A DNA stretch of 63,209 nt, the filler included, from Choristocarpus tenellus KU-1152 (taxonomy: Eukaryota > Protista > Phaeophyceae): assembly GCA_964200185.2 (NCBI GenBank). It is 11 parts of 11 records of this genome, joined end to end, with 100 filler letters (N's around TTAATTAATTAA, not from the genome) between each part and the next. Parts side by side here need not be neighbours in the genome. Positions count along the whole stretch, not along the records: positions 35,912 to 42,731 come from CAXNAD020007274.1; positions 42,832 to 47,498 come from CAXNAD020013545.1; positions 47,599 to 51,655 come from CAXNAD020016445.1; positions 51,756 to 54,419 come from CAXNAD020025838.1; 7 more parts are not named here. The stretch is one strand, 5' to 3'. Shown in pieces: positions 39,897 through 53,161 of this stretch. Position numbers and translations under genes: made by a program. How positions within the stretch are numbered: position 1 is the first letter of the stretch; each line of letters opens with the position of its first letter. The notes beneath the pieces are model-generated. The model was given only the letters and a program-made list of their open reading frames with translations, had not been told where the DNA came from and searched no databases.

Positions 39897-41631
39897 CACG
39901 GCAACCACCAACCGCCCATCAGCACTCTCAATCAGTGAGAATGATGCAGGTCCACCTGACCGCATCATACAAAATGATCGCATCTCTTCCACAACATCTT
40001 CCTCATCCTCCTCCTCCTCCTCCTCCTCTTCCTCCTCCTCCTCACCATCACCCCCTTGCCCCTCATCGTCTCCACCTCTCAGTCTGTTCTGCCTCCTCCT
40101 TGACACAGGCCGACGAAGGCAGATGGTCCATGGGACCTGTGTGTAGTTACATTTTAACAAGGGATACTTTAGGCACCATTGAAACCCATGCATTGGCATC
40201 AAAGTTGAGTCTTGCAGTACCACATCATCTAACACCCAACCTTCTGCACAGATGGCAGCATACGCATCAGTGGGAAGAGTAGTTGAAACAGAGAGCATGT
40301 GCCCAAAAGTGCTCATTAAGTTTTCTTGTAGGTAGTGTTGGTATTTGCGAACCCTGAATATAAAGCAACTATGACCTCTTCTCACAATTAACTACTTCAG
40401 ATCACTTCTTTACGCCTCATAGGAAGCGTGCTGTGCATTGGAAAAAACCTGCACATGGGGAATTGACCTACCCTCCATCCCTTGTCCCCATAGTTTGGCG
40501 AGGCAACTATAGATTTATTTTCTAATGAGGAAAAAAGAAAAAAAGTGTAAGCCAAGCTTTACCAACACTGAGCATTCAAACCATGGGGGTATACATTTTC
40601 TTGCGCTGGTTCTCATCAACTCCCGATCAATAAAACTCCTAGGTTAGTGGATTGAAGCAACTTGGAGTGCAATAGAGTACCCTATACACGGCAACCCTTA
40701 GCTTGGCAAGTACAAGATGAGGGGGTGGGAGAGGCGGGTGACCCATCTCCCAGTTGCTCTTCCTGAAACTAAAGAAAAAAACGGTGCCAGGCATCACAGC
40801 AAAGGAGAGTTATGACGAAAAATCATCCAAGCCAACCATTGCAAAATTGTGATCAATGAAAAGTAAAGACTCAAGGGTCACACCTGTTGTGGATCAGTTA
40901 GTCCCTTCCACTCCAGACCGATCCTCCTGAGCTCGAGGTAGGAAGGGTTAGAGAGAGAGCCACAGCAAACTGCCAAATACTCCCCGTCACTAGTGAATCC
41001 GAGAACCACTCTAGACATCCCGAGTAGGTAAGATGGAGGTAATGAGGGAGTGAGAGGCAGCAAACACAACGATTTCGCTGGTGGAAGGCACTATTTGCAA
41101 CGGGGGGGGGGCAAGGTATGGGATGGTGGGTTGGACCGACGAAGGGATTCGCACACAAAGTGGAAGAAAGCCACCTCCACCGGAACTTCACTCTAGGCAA
41201 CTTCAGATTGTACATAGAGTCCAATTCAAGGGCAAACATAGTTGAGGGAGATTATCGAACGAGTACAACCTTCTTTAGTAAGCAAATTCGCTCGCGATAT
41301 GATCCCATCCAGATTGGCTCTGAATGGATAAGTCTTCATGTCCTCTCGACGATGAATTTAGCACTTCAATCCATGTACTAGCACACACCAGCAGAACGGC
41401 CTAGTGCCTCACTCTCGAGCAACGCGTGTATCTTTCATTCGTTATCAACACCTGCAACGACACATTTCGACCGCTTTGTCTGACCTGTTGTGCCGCTGGT
41501 TGGGAGGAATGACCATTGAAAGGGAATAAACCAGGCGGGGCGGTGGTTTCAAGAGGCCCCTGGGTGGCATTTGGGCTCTTCGTCCCAGCATCTGCCTGCG
41601 AAACGGTGGGGGTGACTATCAGTTCCCGCAT
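39897..41631 (-). CDS. DCAF15-like N-terminal region (exons 41631-41413, 41090-40884, further exon(s) ~40330-39897); 3' part unresolved
   Basis: Spliced ...ERYTRCSR|CLPPAKSLCL...YLLGMSRVVLGFTSDGEYLAVC resembles the DCAF15 start (LPP...FLGFSKCGRYVLSY, from memory); phase-0 GT-AG intron; acidic exon with poly-E downstream. Confidence 0.4.
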
Positions 41632-42904
41632 CCTTGGTCGAGCAGTGAATTAAGTAAAGTCTATCACCAAGACTTTAGTTCTCGTCTAAAGAACAGGGTA
41701 TCCAATGAAAGTTGTACTTGTCTTACTTGAGGTTTCCCACCACAGCCCTGAAAGAGATATTCTTCATAGCTAAAAGGATACTAGTATTCATGATGGAACC
41801 CTTTCAATCAATAAGTGTTTCCCACATCCCCTCCTACCTATTGAAGAGAGAGAGAATGACAGAGGTATGATCCTCCCGCATCGTCCTCCTCTTGCGTTTC
41901 ATACCGCTTTTCCCCTTAAGGTCCAACATAAGTCTGGGCGTTGACAAAAACCTCGATGTTCAGGTTTTGAACTATCACATGATAAGGTACAGCTGCACCT
42001 TATATTCACTCTTGAAAACTATGATCAAGGTTGGAAGGTGTGACCCTTTCTGAACGTGAAAGATAACAACAGTAGTATGTATTAGTATTAGTATTATAGC
42101 ATCTACAAAATGTTATTCGAGAAATGTGGAAAGTATCTGTGTGTAAGAGTTGATTCTTTCGTTCTGAGACTCTAATAAAAGCCGATGTATAAGGTTCAAC
42201 CCCTACTATTAGTACTACTACTACTATAACTAAAAGTTTTCAGGCTGTTGTTGTGTGTGATATGGGAGGCAATGACAACGGCGAGTAGAGATGAAGTGAC
42301 AAGAAAGACAAAGACAGTGAAATGATGACAATAAATGGAACCTCCAAACCAGCAAAATGGGCTGCTGTGCTGAGTGAACTAGAATAAAGAGCCAAATCAA
42401 TTGGGAGGTAGGTAGGGTTGCATTTGAAGGATCCCAACAAACGGCAAAATATGTCGTTTTGTACAATTACCAAAGATATGGCAGGAATGGAGTAGTTAAA
42501 TCCAGGCTAAGCCAAATTGTTTCGGTGACTACACAAGTGGCATTGTCTCGAAGTGTCATGCGCTTCAAACTAGAATCACCAGGGAGATGGGCACGGAGGG
42601 GTCTGTTGGATTCTTGGGATGCCTCCCTAGTTCCCCCCCCGGGGCACAGGAGTAGGTAGATGGGAAGCAAAGGAAGACAGTAGTGCGATATTTGATAGTG
42701 GTGAAGTAACTGATAGATTAGTGGTTTCCACNNNNNNNNNNNNNNNNNNNNNNNNNNNNNNNNNNNNNNNNNNNNTTAATTAATTAANNNNNNNNNNNNN
42801 NNNNNNNNNNNNNNNNNNNNNNNNNNNNNNNCGCTAAAAGAGTACAGCACTTTCTACCCTCGTCGAGGGGGAGGGAAGTGTTCATCTACTTGAAAATGAC
42901 CATT

Positions 42905-43033
42905 CGGGACCTGACCAGAAGGAGTGGGCTTACATTATCCATCCGATGCATGCAACCAAATCACCCAAAAACTGCGACATGGAAAAATGGGTCCCATATG
43001 GACAGCCGCCACCCCTCCCAGATACTTTGAGCC
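42905..43033 (-). mobile_element. MITE family A, partial copy
   Basis: CATTATCCATCCGA...GCAACCAAATCACCCAAAAA..GGACAGCCGCCA-C tract-AGATACTTTGAGCC. Confidence 0.75.
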
Positions 43034-43659
43034 TTCTTATTGAAGTAATTGCCACTAGTACATGCCCTGTGTTCTCTACAATATGGCTCCCATGCTCCTC
43101 TTCCTCCTGCTACAGGGGTTATTCCAAGCCATGATTTCCTTGGTTTTTAATGAGATAGCTGCATATGCCACTAGCTGCAGGCACTACTTACACCATCATC
43201 GACAAGATGCTCCTGCTGCTACTACCACCCCTACAGCAGCAACTACTGTTGGTGAAGCAGGGGGCAAGTATTCCGTGGGAATAGACGGCAGCAGCGGAGA
43301 TTACACTTGGCATCAAGGGGTCAAGGCAAATCCTGGTCAATCATCAACATCTACGGGTGGGCCACGAGGTTTTAGACACGGAGGTGGAATAGGGGGTGGG
43401 CATCGAGCAGGTCCTTCTGTAAATATCAACATCAACACCGACAGTACAGACAGGCGGGCAAGGAACAGCAAACCTGATTACACGGAGGTGAATTTGTTTG
43501 AGGAGGGGAGAGTTTGAGGAGGGGAGAATTGGGGATATGATGAGGTATTGAAAGCAGGGAGGCGAGAGGGTGAATGGAAAACGAGATAAATTTGATATGG
43601 TGATGGGGTCACGTAGCTCACAACTCTCTGTGCCTAAGCATCCACACGTATGTTCTCAG

Positions 43660-44298
43660 GTGCCAGCATATGGACATACTGTGGAAGGGTTTGTGCGTGC
43701 ATGTGCGTGTATGTGTTGAAGTTACAACACAGTAGGAATAAGCAGGTAGTCGGTCTTCTAAGTCAGACAAATTTCTCATTTTCACGATCAACAATGACAT
43801 TTGAAGGCAGGCAGAGCACACCTGTGCTGGAGGTACACACATGTAGAAGAGCATATCCAGCAGACACAAACAAACTCAAGCTGCAGTGGTTCATATTTTG
43901 CAGATCGCTCATCATGTACATGTCTACATGGTTGGATTTCAGCTAATCACTTCTTACCAAACTTACTCCTTACATCCAATCTATGCCTCACATTTCCACG
44001 ATCAAGGTGCGACTGGAGGTGGCAATGGATATAGCGAGAACCTGCCTGGCAATGTTCAGTCATTTAGCTCACAGGGGACACTGCGAGGCAGTGCTGCACT
44101 CTGGTGTACTGGCACACCTTGTCAGGCAAGTGTTGCCGTTGTTATTTTCCTCATACAGTGTCTTGAACGATTTTGTTCTATTTACTTCAATTGAATAATT
44201 TCCTTGCCATACACTAGTATGCGATTATATTGTCCCCTTTTGTCCCCAGGTTGAGCGTTGGCCTCATTACTATTCTAGAAATACTGTTCTTTACATAA
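43660..44298 (+). CDS. 3' exons of an unknown, possibly ARM-repeat protein (43660-43688, 43807-43832, 44007-44125, 44250-44298)
   Basis: Phase-consistent splice giving CQHMDILWKGRQSTPVLEVRLEVAMDIARTCLAMFSHLAHRGHCEAVLHSGVLAHLVRLSVGL...*; one GC donor required. Confidence 0.4.
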
Positions 44299-44412
44299 CG
44301 TATTCTCAAAATATTCTGACAAGCAGTATTAAATAATAAGGCATGTACAAAATAGACGCTTGGTCTACTATGCTTAACACCAACTTGTGAAGTGGTACAA
44401 TACATCAAAATG

Positions 44413-46011
44413 CTTATTCTGTTCGGAATTAAATGTAACATAATTTTTGCAGTCCTGACGAAGAAGCAAGATTTTTTTCACTTGTTGATATTTGATGGAT
44501 GTATTGTGCAGACACTAAAAGTATGTCCTCCAAAAAAATTTAAAAAATGGAGCAGCCTACACCTATCTATAATTCTGTCCCCGAAGCACTCCAATACTCC
44601 GTTCCAGCACAGTATTTCGATGCATCTACCAGAGAATTCGGGGGGAGCTTGCCCGCCTTCTCAGCCTTTTCCTTGCTAAGATGAGAATTTTGAAGATGAT
44701 GTCACCCATGGACCCCAGCACTTCTCCATAGATTTCAAAGAGGCTCTGCCAGATGCGCTCTAGTGTCTTCTGGGGGCATGCGTCAAATGCCTCCACTATG
44801 GCCTCCACCACCTCCTCTGCGTTGGTCACCCCCAACGTCTTCCTTCAATTGCTGGATGGAATGGAAATTTCCCTAGTCGTCGATGTTGGGGTCAGCTGAG
44901 TTGGCTGGTTGGGTCCCTATGAGAATATCATCCCCCATCGCCTCCTGAGTTGCCTCCTTCATCCCTCCCTTGGTGAGTGGCTTTGCCACATCCTGCTGCA
45001 CGAAGATGGTACGTCCTTCCGACCACACCCCTTTGGAGATGTTCCTAGGGTGGGCCACACCTGTAAGGAACATCATCTTCGTAATGTTAGGCTTATTCTG
45101 TGCCCGTGGGGAGTTGGGGGAGTCCGCAGTGGGGTGCAGGTTCTCGCTCTGTAACCAGTGCGAGCAACAAGTGTACACGCTGACAGCCTTGATGTAAAAT
45201 CACTTCTCGCCCACATGCACCCCGTTACATAGATCATCCACTAATACCCCATTTCCCCCACGTATGTACGTGTGGCTGATGATGAAACCCACCCTGTGGA
45301 CTTTCTGCCGGTCTGAGAAGACTGGCTTAATCCACCACTTGACCTTCTTCACCTTATCGTGCTTGCACAGATCCCACAATGAGGCAATGGAGACCCCATC
45401 TTTGGCTGCATATTTGTGGAAGGATATGTGAGACATCCCAATCATCAAGGATTCTCGTATGGCTGCCACATTGCCCCTTGTGAGGTCGTACAAAGTCCAT
45501 ACATTTGCCCCATGTGATTTGGCTGTCATACTCCTTCAGATGACGGAACATGGTGATTCGGGAAATTTCGAAGTCCTCTGCAATGGCAGCCGCCGTCCCT
45601 CAGGCGTCCAAATACCACCTTCTATTGCCTCCAGCCGTCGTGCCATCATGCCGTTCTTTGTTGGGGTGTTTGAATCTGGACCCCGGACTGACTTCTGGGA
45701 CGAATAATTGGGACCAATGGACGACGACGGGATGAGTGAGCCGCTCGAATGATGGGGGGCCTTTGTCCTAGGCATCCCAATAAAGACTCGCTTTGACATT
45801 TTCAGGAGGTTTTTTAACCCTGTCAAATGCGACATAGTTGACTTTGCACTGGTGATCCTTCACAGTTATGACAGCCCACCACGTCAAAATTGCACGCCTC
45901 CCAATCTTTATGAGAAATAAGCCTTGTCGAGAGGGTTTATAACGTGGGTCATTTCCGGGTGAGAACGGAGCTAGCAACAATTATATTACATATAATTCCG
46001 AACAGAGGAAG
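44413..46011 (-). mobile_element. Decayed DD39D mariner-like element with both TIRs (~1.6 kb)
   Basis: TIRs CTTATTCTGTTCGGAATTAAATGTAACATAATT / AATTATATTACATATAATTCCGAACAGAGGAAG + TA; transposase motifs VHVGEK*FY, NITKMMFLTGVAHPR, VQQDVAKP, TQPANSADPNIDD, TLERIWQSLF. Confidence 0.88.
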
Positions 46012-47380
46012 TACAACATTTTCTCACTAGAAGCGACAGACTGAGATATGAATCAGTGACCCTGCACTCACTCTCTCCCAGCTGAGCTGTACGTCAAGTT
46101 ATCGGAAGAGATTGCCACATCATTGTCAACAAGTAACAAATAACAAGTGACACGTAAATCTCATCTAGCATATATATCTATCTCAAAACCCAAGTCCATC
46201 AAAAACAAACAACCAATTGTGCAATCACTCAGTGTCCCTATTGGAGATGGAAACGACCCCCAGATCATGAAGTCGATGAGTCATCTAGTTCTCAACCTGG
46301 CAAAACGGGCAACTTCTTCGGAGGTAAGCAGAGAGTAGATTCAAAAACTTTCCACGACAATACCGAACCTGGTAATGGTCCATATAGGTGCCTAACCTTG
46401 CTCAGGAGGTCATGTCCCACAAGAAATCCAAAACTCATTACACAGTAGGAGGAGGAATGTGAACAAATGAATGCTTTAGTTGTGTTGGACCAAATTAAAT
46501 AAAGCAACATCTTCTGCTAGGATAGTGATGATATATATATATATATTTAACTGTGTATTCATTGGTCCGTCTCTATTCACAATTACAGAAAAGTGTCAAA
46601 TTTAATCCTTGCTTCCTTCTCCCAGGTATCAACTCATCCTGCTGGCATTTTACAACCGCCATTGGTAGATATGCTGCTACATGGTATATTAAAAAGTGTT
46701 CTCCGTGCAGTAGAATATCGCACACAAGTGGCGTACCCACAAGATACACTTTTTTCGTTTTTAAACATAAATATTTGCCAAATTCCCAGTAGTTCGAAGT
46801 ATACTTCTGTGACCCATTCCAGCCTTACATGTCTTACAGCAAATCTACTTTCTATTCACAAATGTTCGGATGCTGCAACTTAAGCACCTTTTGTTTACTC
46901 ACTTGAGAAGAGAGTACATGTGAATCAGAGTAAACTAGAGGTACACAGAGTTTGGTCGGTTCTCATTTAACTTCTTTTTTTTTTTCAATCTATTACAATT
47001 CACCCATATTTCTATGGATGAAGTGCTAAGCTTGAGATGAAAGTGTTTATTTATCTATTGTTTGAAATTATTTCGACACAATTCAGATAGTATTCTATAT
47101 GCGTTTATAAAATAAGCCGAATGTTGGACACATTTGTCAGCATCCTTGAAATTCAACCACACGGGTATCTTTTGCTTACTTTGACTCTGTAAGATTGAGT
47201 AGTACGGTTGTCCATGCCGCCATCTCCACGAACTGTCACAAATGACGAATGCCAGATGAAAGGTAGTGCGTAGCATTTAACTTCATATAACACGAACTAT
47301 TCCCTTCCAAGCGTCAAGAACTCACTGCAACATAATTTGATCAAGAGGTCCAGGGTTACCTCTCACGTGTTTCTCACTGT

Positions 47381-47498
47381 GAGCCAAAGTATCTTAGAGG
47401 GTAGGGCCACGTCTATTTGGGGCCCAAAATCCAATGCTGCGGTTTTGATGAAATTTTCGGTATCGCATTTGTCAGGAAGTGCTAACATCCTTGTTCCA
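47381..47498 (+). mobile_element. MITE family B, 5' half cut by gap
   Basis: GAGCCAAAGTATCTTAGAGGGTAGGGCC. Confidence 0.8.
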
Positions 47499-48021
47499 NN
47501 NNNNNNNNNNNNNNNNNNNNNNNNNNNNNNNNNNNNNNNNNNTTAATTAATTAANNNNNNNNNNNNNNNNNNNNNNNNNNNNNNNNNNNNNNNNNNNNTC
47601 AAGGCACAAAAAGGTGATCGTTCATGTCTTTTTTGCTGCTCTCAAGCTCTTCAACTCCATGAAAAATTGCCCCCTTCTTATAAAGAGCTAACATTAGTAT
47701 CCTTCACATTTTGACCGTATGATCTTTTGGCTAATGAGCATTGATCAAGATAGCTTTCAGTTTTTGTACTTGAGCTTGTTCACAAAGTGCCTTTGTGTGT
47801 GTTGTCCTCTTGTTTCATTAGATAGCGCTCTCTCATGACGACCCCCCCCTTCGCCCTTTTTCCCAACAGAAAATGGGACTCAATGTTGAAGCCACAATGT
47901 ATTTTTTTCTTCTTCTTCAAGTAGGTGTGAACTTGAAGTTTTGTCCCTTACAGATTTTATTTCCTTGGTTGAACTTCTGCCCTGAAGATTGTGGTTCACC
48001 ATTCAAAGCTGTTTGATGTAA

Positions 48022-48204
48022 GACCCAAAGTATCTGGAGGGGGGGGGGGGTCTACAACAGGGTGTCCATTTGGACCAAAAACAGGAAAAGTGCACTTTCA
48101 TTATCCATTCGAAGTATGGAACCAGATCATCCAAAAATCGCGATATGAAAAAATTGGCTCCAAATAGACAGCCGACACACACACACCCCGAGATACTTTG
48201 AGCC
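48022..48204 (-). mobile_element. MITE family A, complete copy
   Basis: GACCCAAAGTATCT ... AGATACTTTGAGCC with TAA TSD (48019-21, 48205-07). Confidence 0.88.
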
Positions 48205-49552
48205 TAAGTGGGATCGCACCAATCCACGCATCGACCTGTTGAAACATTGATTCATCAGCATCATGCTTTGCTGGTAATATTGACACGAATTCCTCTCTTG
48301 ACTATCTGTACTTCATGTAACTGTTTTCAAGGTGGAGGCCAAGGCCACTGCCCTCATGGCCCTTCTCGTGGTGTTCTTATCCTTTTTTGAGGTATGTTGA
48401 AAACCCCAACTATCAAGAAGACACAAACTGTGTTGATTCAACATAATGCTCTTGTGTGGTTGAGACAGTTCATATGTCATTTGATCCCTGCAGGTGTCGT
48501 CAGCAGTTTTTGTTACACAGGGAAACTAGACAAACCTACACGGTAAAAATGGGATCTATCTATAAATAGATATAAACTCAGTCATGGTCTTGGTTTAAGG
48601 CATGTCGGCCTGTGAATCATTCCATTGTGGCTTATACAGTGTTCTATTAAAAGGAACTTTGGCCATTGGTTAGGTGGTAGAGAGATGGGTATCACCTGTT
48701 TTTATCTGTTTTGAGTGAAATTTTTGAGCTGCTACGCATGTATTCGAAAAGTACTGCTTGACTTCAAGTCACAATCGCATCCCTTTTAAGCTTGTTGCCT
48801 CACTGAACACTTTTCCAATTAGCCTCATTTTGCCACACTTTTCTACTCCCCTGTTGAATCGTGCAATCCCTCAGGGTAATGTCCAACAAGACGTAAGCTA
48901 CAGTGGTGTTACTACTCTTGATTTCTGCACATGTTATTGCTGTGGCTGCCCTTGCCATTGCGAGTTAAGCTGTGGAGGTCAGTTGAAGGGCAACAAGAAC
49001 GACAAAGGGTGACTTTCCCACATATGTGACTATGCAAATGCTGTGTTGAGAAATTGTAATGCATTCAGCCGTACTTATTTTTTCTCCCTTTTTTCCTTCT
49101 TGGTATCTCTCAGGTGCCCACGGTGGGGGTGGCTTTGGAGCTCCGGTTTCGGAAGACATGGACCGCTGAATAGGTCACATGAAGATTCCCTCTCTGTGCT
49201 TGCTGATCAATGCAAGAAGGATGCATGCTGTATGTATAGCTCCCTTCCCCACTATGGAGGTCTAAGAGTGGATTAAGTTGGAGTTGTCATGGTGTAGAAG
49301 TTTAGGAAGTCTACATAACTGGAAATCATCTTTGCGTGGAAGAACAAGTGGGTTTACCAGTCAGTGCTGCCAAAAAACAACTGTGAATCAGTGATTTCCA
49401 CCACGATTAACAAATGAGTCGATGGTATGATGTGGTGTTCTTTAAGGGGTTCGGGCTATTTGACAGTTTCAAGTGTCAAGTTGAACCCATAATGCTCTTG
49501 CTGTTTTTCCCTGGAGCCATACTGACTTCCTACATTTTTTGTGCTTGTATCA

Positions 49553-49728
49553 GATCCAAAGTATCTGGGGGGGGGGTGGTCTACACCAGGGTGTCCATTT
49601 GGGTCATAACCAGGAAAGCGCACTTACACTATCCTTGCGACATATGCAACCAAATCAACCAAAAATCATGACACAAACATTTGCCCTAAATGGACAGCCG
49701 CCCCCCCCCTCCCCAGATACTTAGAGCC
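49553..49728 (-). mobile_element. MITE family A, full-length copy
   Basis: GATCCAAAGTATCT-G tract ... C tract-AGATACTTAGAGCC. Confidence 0.82.
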
Positions 49729-50869
49729 ATCAACAATCGGTTAAAGGGAGTGGCTCATATCTGATCTAGACACACACACATGCACACATTAGGATAGATT
49801 TGTGTTGTGTGTGTGTCAGGAAGGGAGAGAGCTATGTGGTGATGTAACAATTGTGAGTTGGACCTGGATTGACCGTCACCGTTAGTGCTTAACTTACTTA
49901 CTAGGCCTGACATGATAAGTTGCCTGTGATGGAATTTGATTTTTCTGTTCCTTACTGTTGAGTATTTATGTATTGAAGTGTTGTTACTATATAGAGCTTG
50001 GGTGATGTCGTGAGTCAGCAGTTTGACTTAAGTGCTTGCTATTGTGGGCACAGCTGGTGCCTGGGATGTGTATCTGGGTGTTCGAACCCTACTCCTTCCC
50101 TCCCATGATTTTTTGAGTTTATTTTACCATAGAACAATGTATGCACTCAATATGCAAGTTTTATTTTTGGCCTGCCAAGGTTTTGGTGATTGCAGTAATA
50201 TTGAGTGGCATCTCTTTTTGTAAATGTTCTATAGTGGAGGATTGTTTATTTGCCTGAAAAATTCATCAGGGCATTTTTTTTCTGATGGGGGTGGTTACAC
50301 AAGTTGTGATTTCTGTATTGTATGATTATATAGTCTGCAAGATGCCGAGTCGACCCCAACAGAGTGAGTACGGAAGCGGAGTGAAGGTGTGAGTGCTCAA
50401 AGAGAAATAAAATATCACTCCTTTGTAGGTTGCTTTTGGCATTCTTTTATTAAATACGGCAGATGCGGTGGCAGTACATTGTTACAAGATTTTGAGTCAA
50501 CTCTGCTTGAAATGCGATTTAATAGACAGGGTTGAGGTGTTGCCGATTCCGTAATGTAATACTCATTTCTGTTGCATATTTTCACAATGATGCTATGGTA
50601 CTGATTTTTTACTACCAATATCATTATTGAGGCTACAATATCATTTACGTACCTCTCCAGGTCAGCACTCCCCAGTTATTAGACATGATCAATATACCAA
50701 ATTTCCTGGTACAATGCCCATATTGATCGGTGATAGAGTGTGTGGGTTGCTTTCCATTGCCTATATCGTTCACTCCAATCCATACGGTAAGGAAAATTGA
50801 ACAGCGAGGGCTCATTGTTGGATGATGTAGAGGGGATCACTCCCTTAAAGGGTCATACGTGGAAGGCAC

Positions 50870-51476
50870 GAGGCTAGTAAAAGGACGTTTATAAAGGCAT
50901 AGGCCCCCAATGAATCAATGGTTATGTCAATATGAGTAGTCATAGATTTTATGCAGTGTAGCTACAAGCTGAGAGGTACCATGGTATAAAGGCAGAACAA
51001 ATAAGAAAACCTGTACAGATATTTCAGGTTACTGGATGTGGGCAATTTGTGAGGAATTTGAGTGGAGTGAACGCCACGAAAATATGAGATTGAAAGTATC
51101 TTAGAGGGTACGAAATTTACCCTGTTTGTCCATTTGGGCCTTGGCTTCCCTTGGGTTTTATTATGACATTTTCCTACTCCAAAATGTTTTGGAGTAGGTA
51201 CAATGTATGCGTTATGAAAAGATGTGTCCGGAACAAGGGTATTGACACTTACTAACTAAAACGATAGCCAAAATTACATCAAACTGCACCATTGTATTGC
51301 AGCCCCCAAATGGACGTGGCCCTACCCTCTAAGGTACTTTGACTCATGAATTGGGGATTAGCAGTAGATGTATGGTCGGCGATATGATGGTCAATAACGA
51401 GATTAGTAAAGGGACGTTTATTAGGCATAGGCACCCTGTGGATCAATAGTTTGTCAATATAACAGTGGATTTTAGA
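50870..51476 (+). repeat. Diverged ~80-bp direct repeat pair (~50870-50950 and ~51399-51476)
   Basis: TAGTAAA(A/G)GGACGTTTAT..AGGCATAGGC.CCC...ATCAAT.GTT.TGTCAATAT in both. Confidence 0.6.
51086..51345 (-). mobile_element. MITE family B, full-length copy
   Basis: TGAAAGTATCTTAGAGGGTACG ... CCTACCCTCTAAGGTACTTTGACTC; ATG near both flanks. Confidence 0.85.
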
Positions 51477-51480
51477 AATT

Positions 51481-51655
51481 GAGGATGGTTTCGACCGAAA
51501 ATGGTGCGGAAAATGTGCCGATTTTTGTTGTTGTTGTAAATGTTGCGGCACTTTTTAAGGGCCCTTTTTTTAATGGGAATCCGTGCCAGATGTGGTAGTA
51601 GTACAGTGTGTGGGGGGCGGCAATTATTTTGTTATATCGTCGTGCACATGTATGC
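51481..51655 (+). mobile_element. Repeat family D copy
   Basis: GAGGATGGTTTCGACCGAAAATGGTGCGGAAA...TTGTAAATGTTGCGGCA matches the copy at 23032. Confidence 0.6.
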
Positions 51656-53088
51656 NNNNNNNNNNNNNNNNNNNNNNNNNNNNNNNNNNNNNNNNNNNNT
51701 TAATTAATTAANNNNNNNNNNNNNNNNNNNNNNNNNNNNNNNNNNNNNNNNNNNNCCACCCCAGATACTTTGACCCAACACGCAACACAGGATCTTATGA
51801 ACCAACAGTTTTCAGAAGCCCCAAGTGACAATTCCCTACGCTTGTTTTTATGGCCAGTCCATTTCTGTAAGATAGAACTGAAATAGAATCTCTCATGCAT
51901 AATGTAGTTTGTTGCTCGTTGTGGGAAGGTTGTTGAAACGAGGTCGAACCTCACATCCTGTTGTGCTCTTGTGCGCGCTCTGTTAGCATGTGAAGGCGTG
52001 CAATATCTATCCCGCTCAGTAATGACGATGCCTGTTGTTTGTTTTGTTATGACCTCGTATGTTATGTGTGAACCTGTGTTGTTTTCTATGTCAGTGTTAC
52101 TACTACTACTACTACAATACTGATAAGGACAAATAATAGATCGAGTGAGAGGTGTTTGAGGAATGAGAGAGGAGGGGTCAGGTTTGGAATCAACACTTAC
52201 TATGAAAAAGACTCATCATGAATTATTTCTGGACATCATCATGCGTCTCACAAAATCAATGAATACATCCACGTACTAGTGGTTCTAGTAGAATACTTAT
52301 GAATAGTATGTGGTATGAATGAAACACGAAACATAGATCACATATTACACGTATCTCATGCAAATAAAACATGAAAAAACAGTGTGGTAGTGTAATATTA
52401 AACCTTCATTCAAACAGATTACTCTCAACACACACATATATACATACTCAGCACAGGATTTTTTTAGATCAGAATGGGTTATTGAAACCCAGAGTGAGAT
52501 TTCCTAGATATAGATTTTTTTTTGGCTGTTGAATTTTGGACGACTGAATGGTAATGGAACTCAATCATGCATAGAGTGTAGTTTTGTTACTGTTGGACTT
52601 GTTGAAAAACATCATCTCGCTCAGTGTCGTGCGCATCCTTTTGGCGGTTTAAGACCGATATTAATCACCATGTTATTTGTTCCACTGAACTTACCCCTCT
52701 TTTGTTTTTACAGTGAGTGGTGCATCAGAATATATGTGGGAAGACTACTCTAGATCCCAAACGGTCAATAAAACATGGTGGTCCTATTCTGAAAACCATC
52801 GATAGTGTAAGAATCAACAAAAAAAATATCTTTCCGAAAAGATGTGCTCCAATTCTTAAAAAGCTCTTCGTCCACAAAATTCAGTCCTTTATCTACTAAT
52901 AATGCTGTTTAAGTGTTCGAAATGGTTACGAAAATGCTTCATCACTATTCTCATATCAAGTATTTTTCACCCCCATAATAGACAACACATCATAACAATC
53001 AGGTTTTTTGACCTCGTTAGCAAAATAAAAAACGTCCTGTCCACTGGCTGGACCAGTACCACAATTATTCAACCAGTCCCAGTCCATA

Positions 53089-53161
53089 TCCACTAGGTAT
53101 TGAAACGGTCCATGTTCATGTCCGGCAGTTAATCTCCACTAGGTATTGAAACGGTCCATGT
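53089..53161 (+). repeat. Perfect 27-bp direct repeat x2 within a GTCCATGT-rich tract
   Basis: TCCACTAGGTATTGAAACGGTCCATGT at 53089-53115 and 53135-53161. Confidence 0.85.

Noticed and set aside
53089-53161. Direct repeat with spacer resembling CRISPR
   Set aside because: Only two units, 19-nt spacer, no cas genes, eukaryotic context
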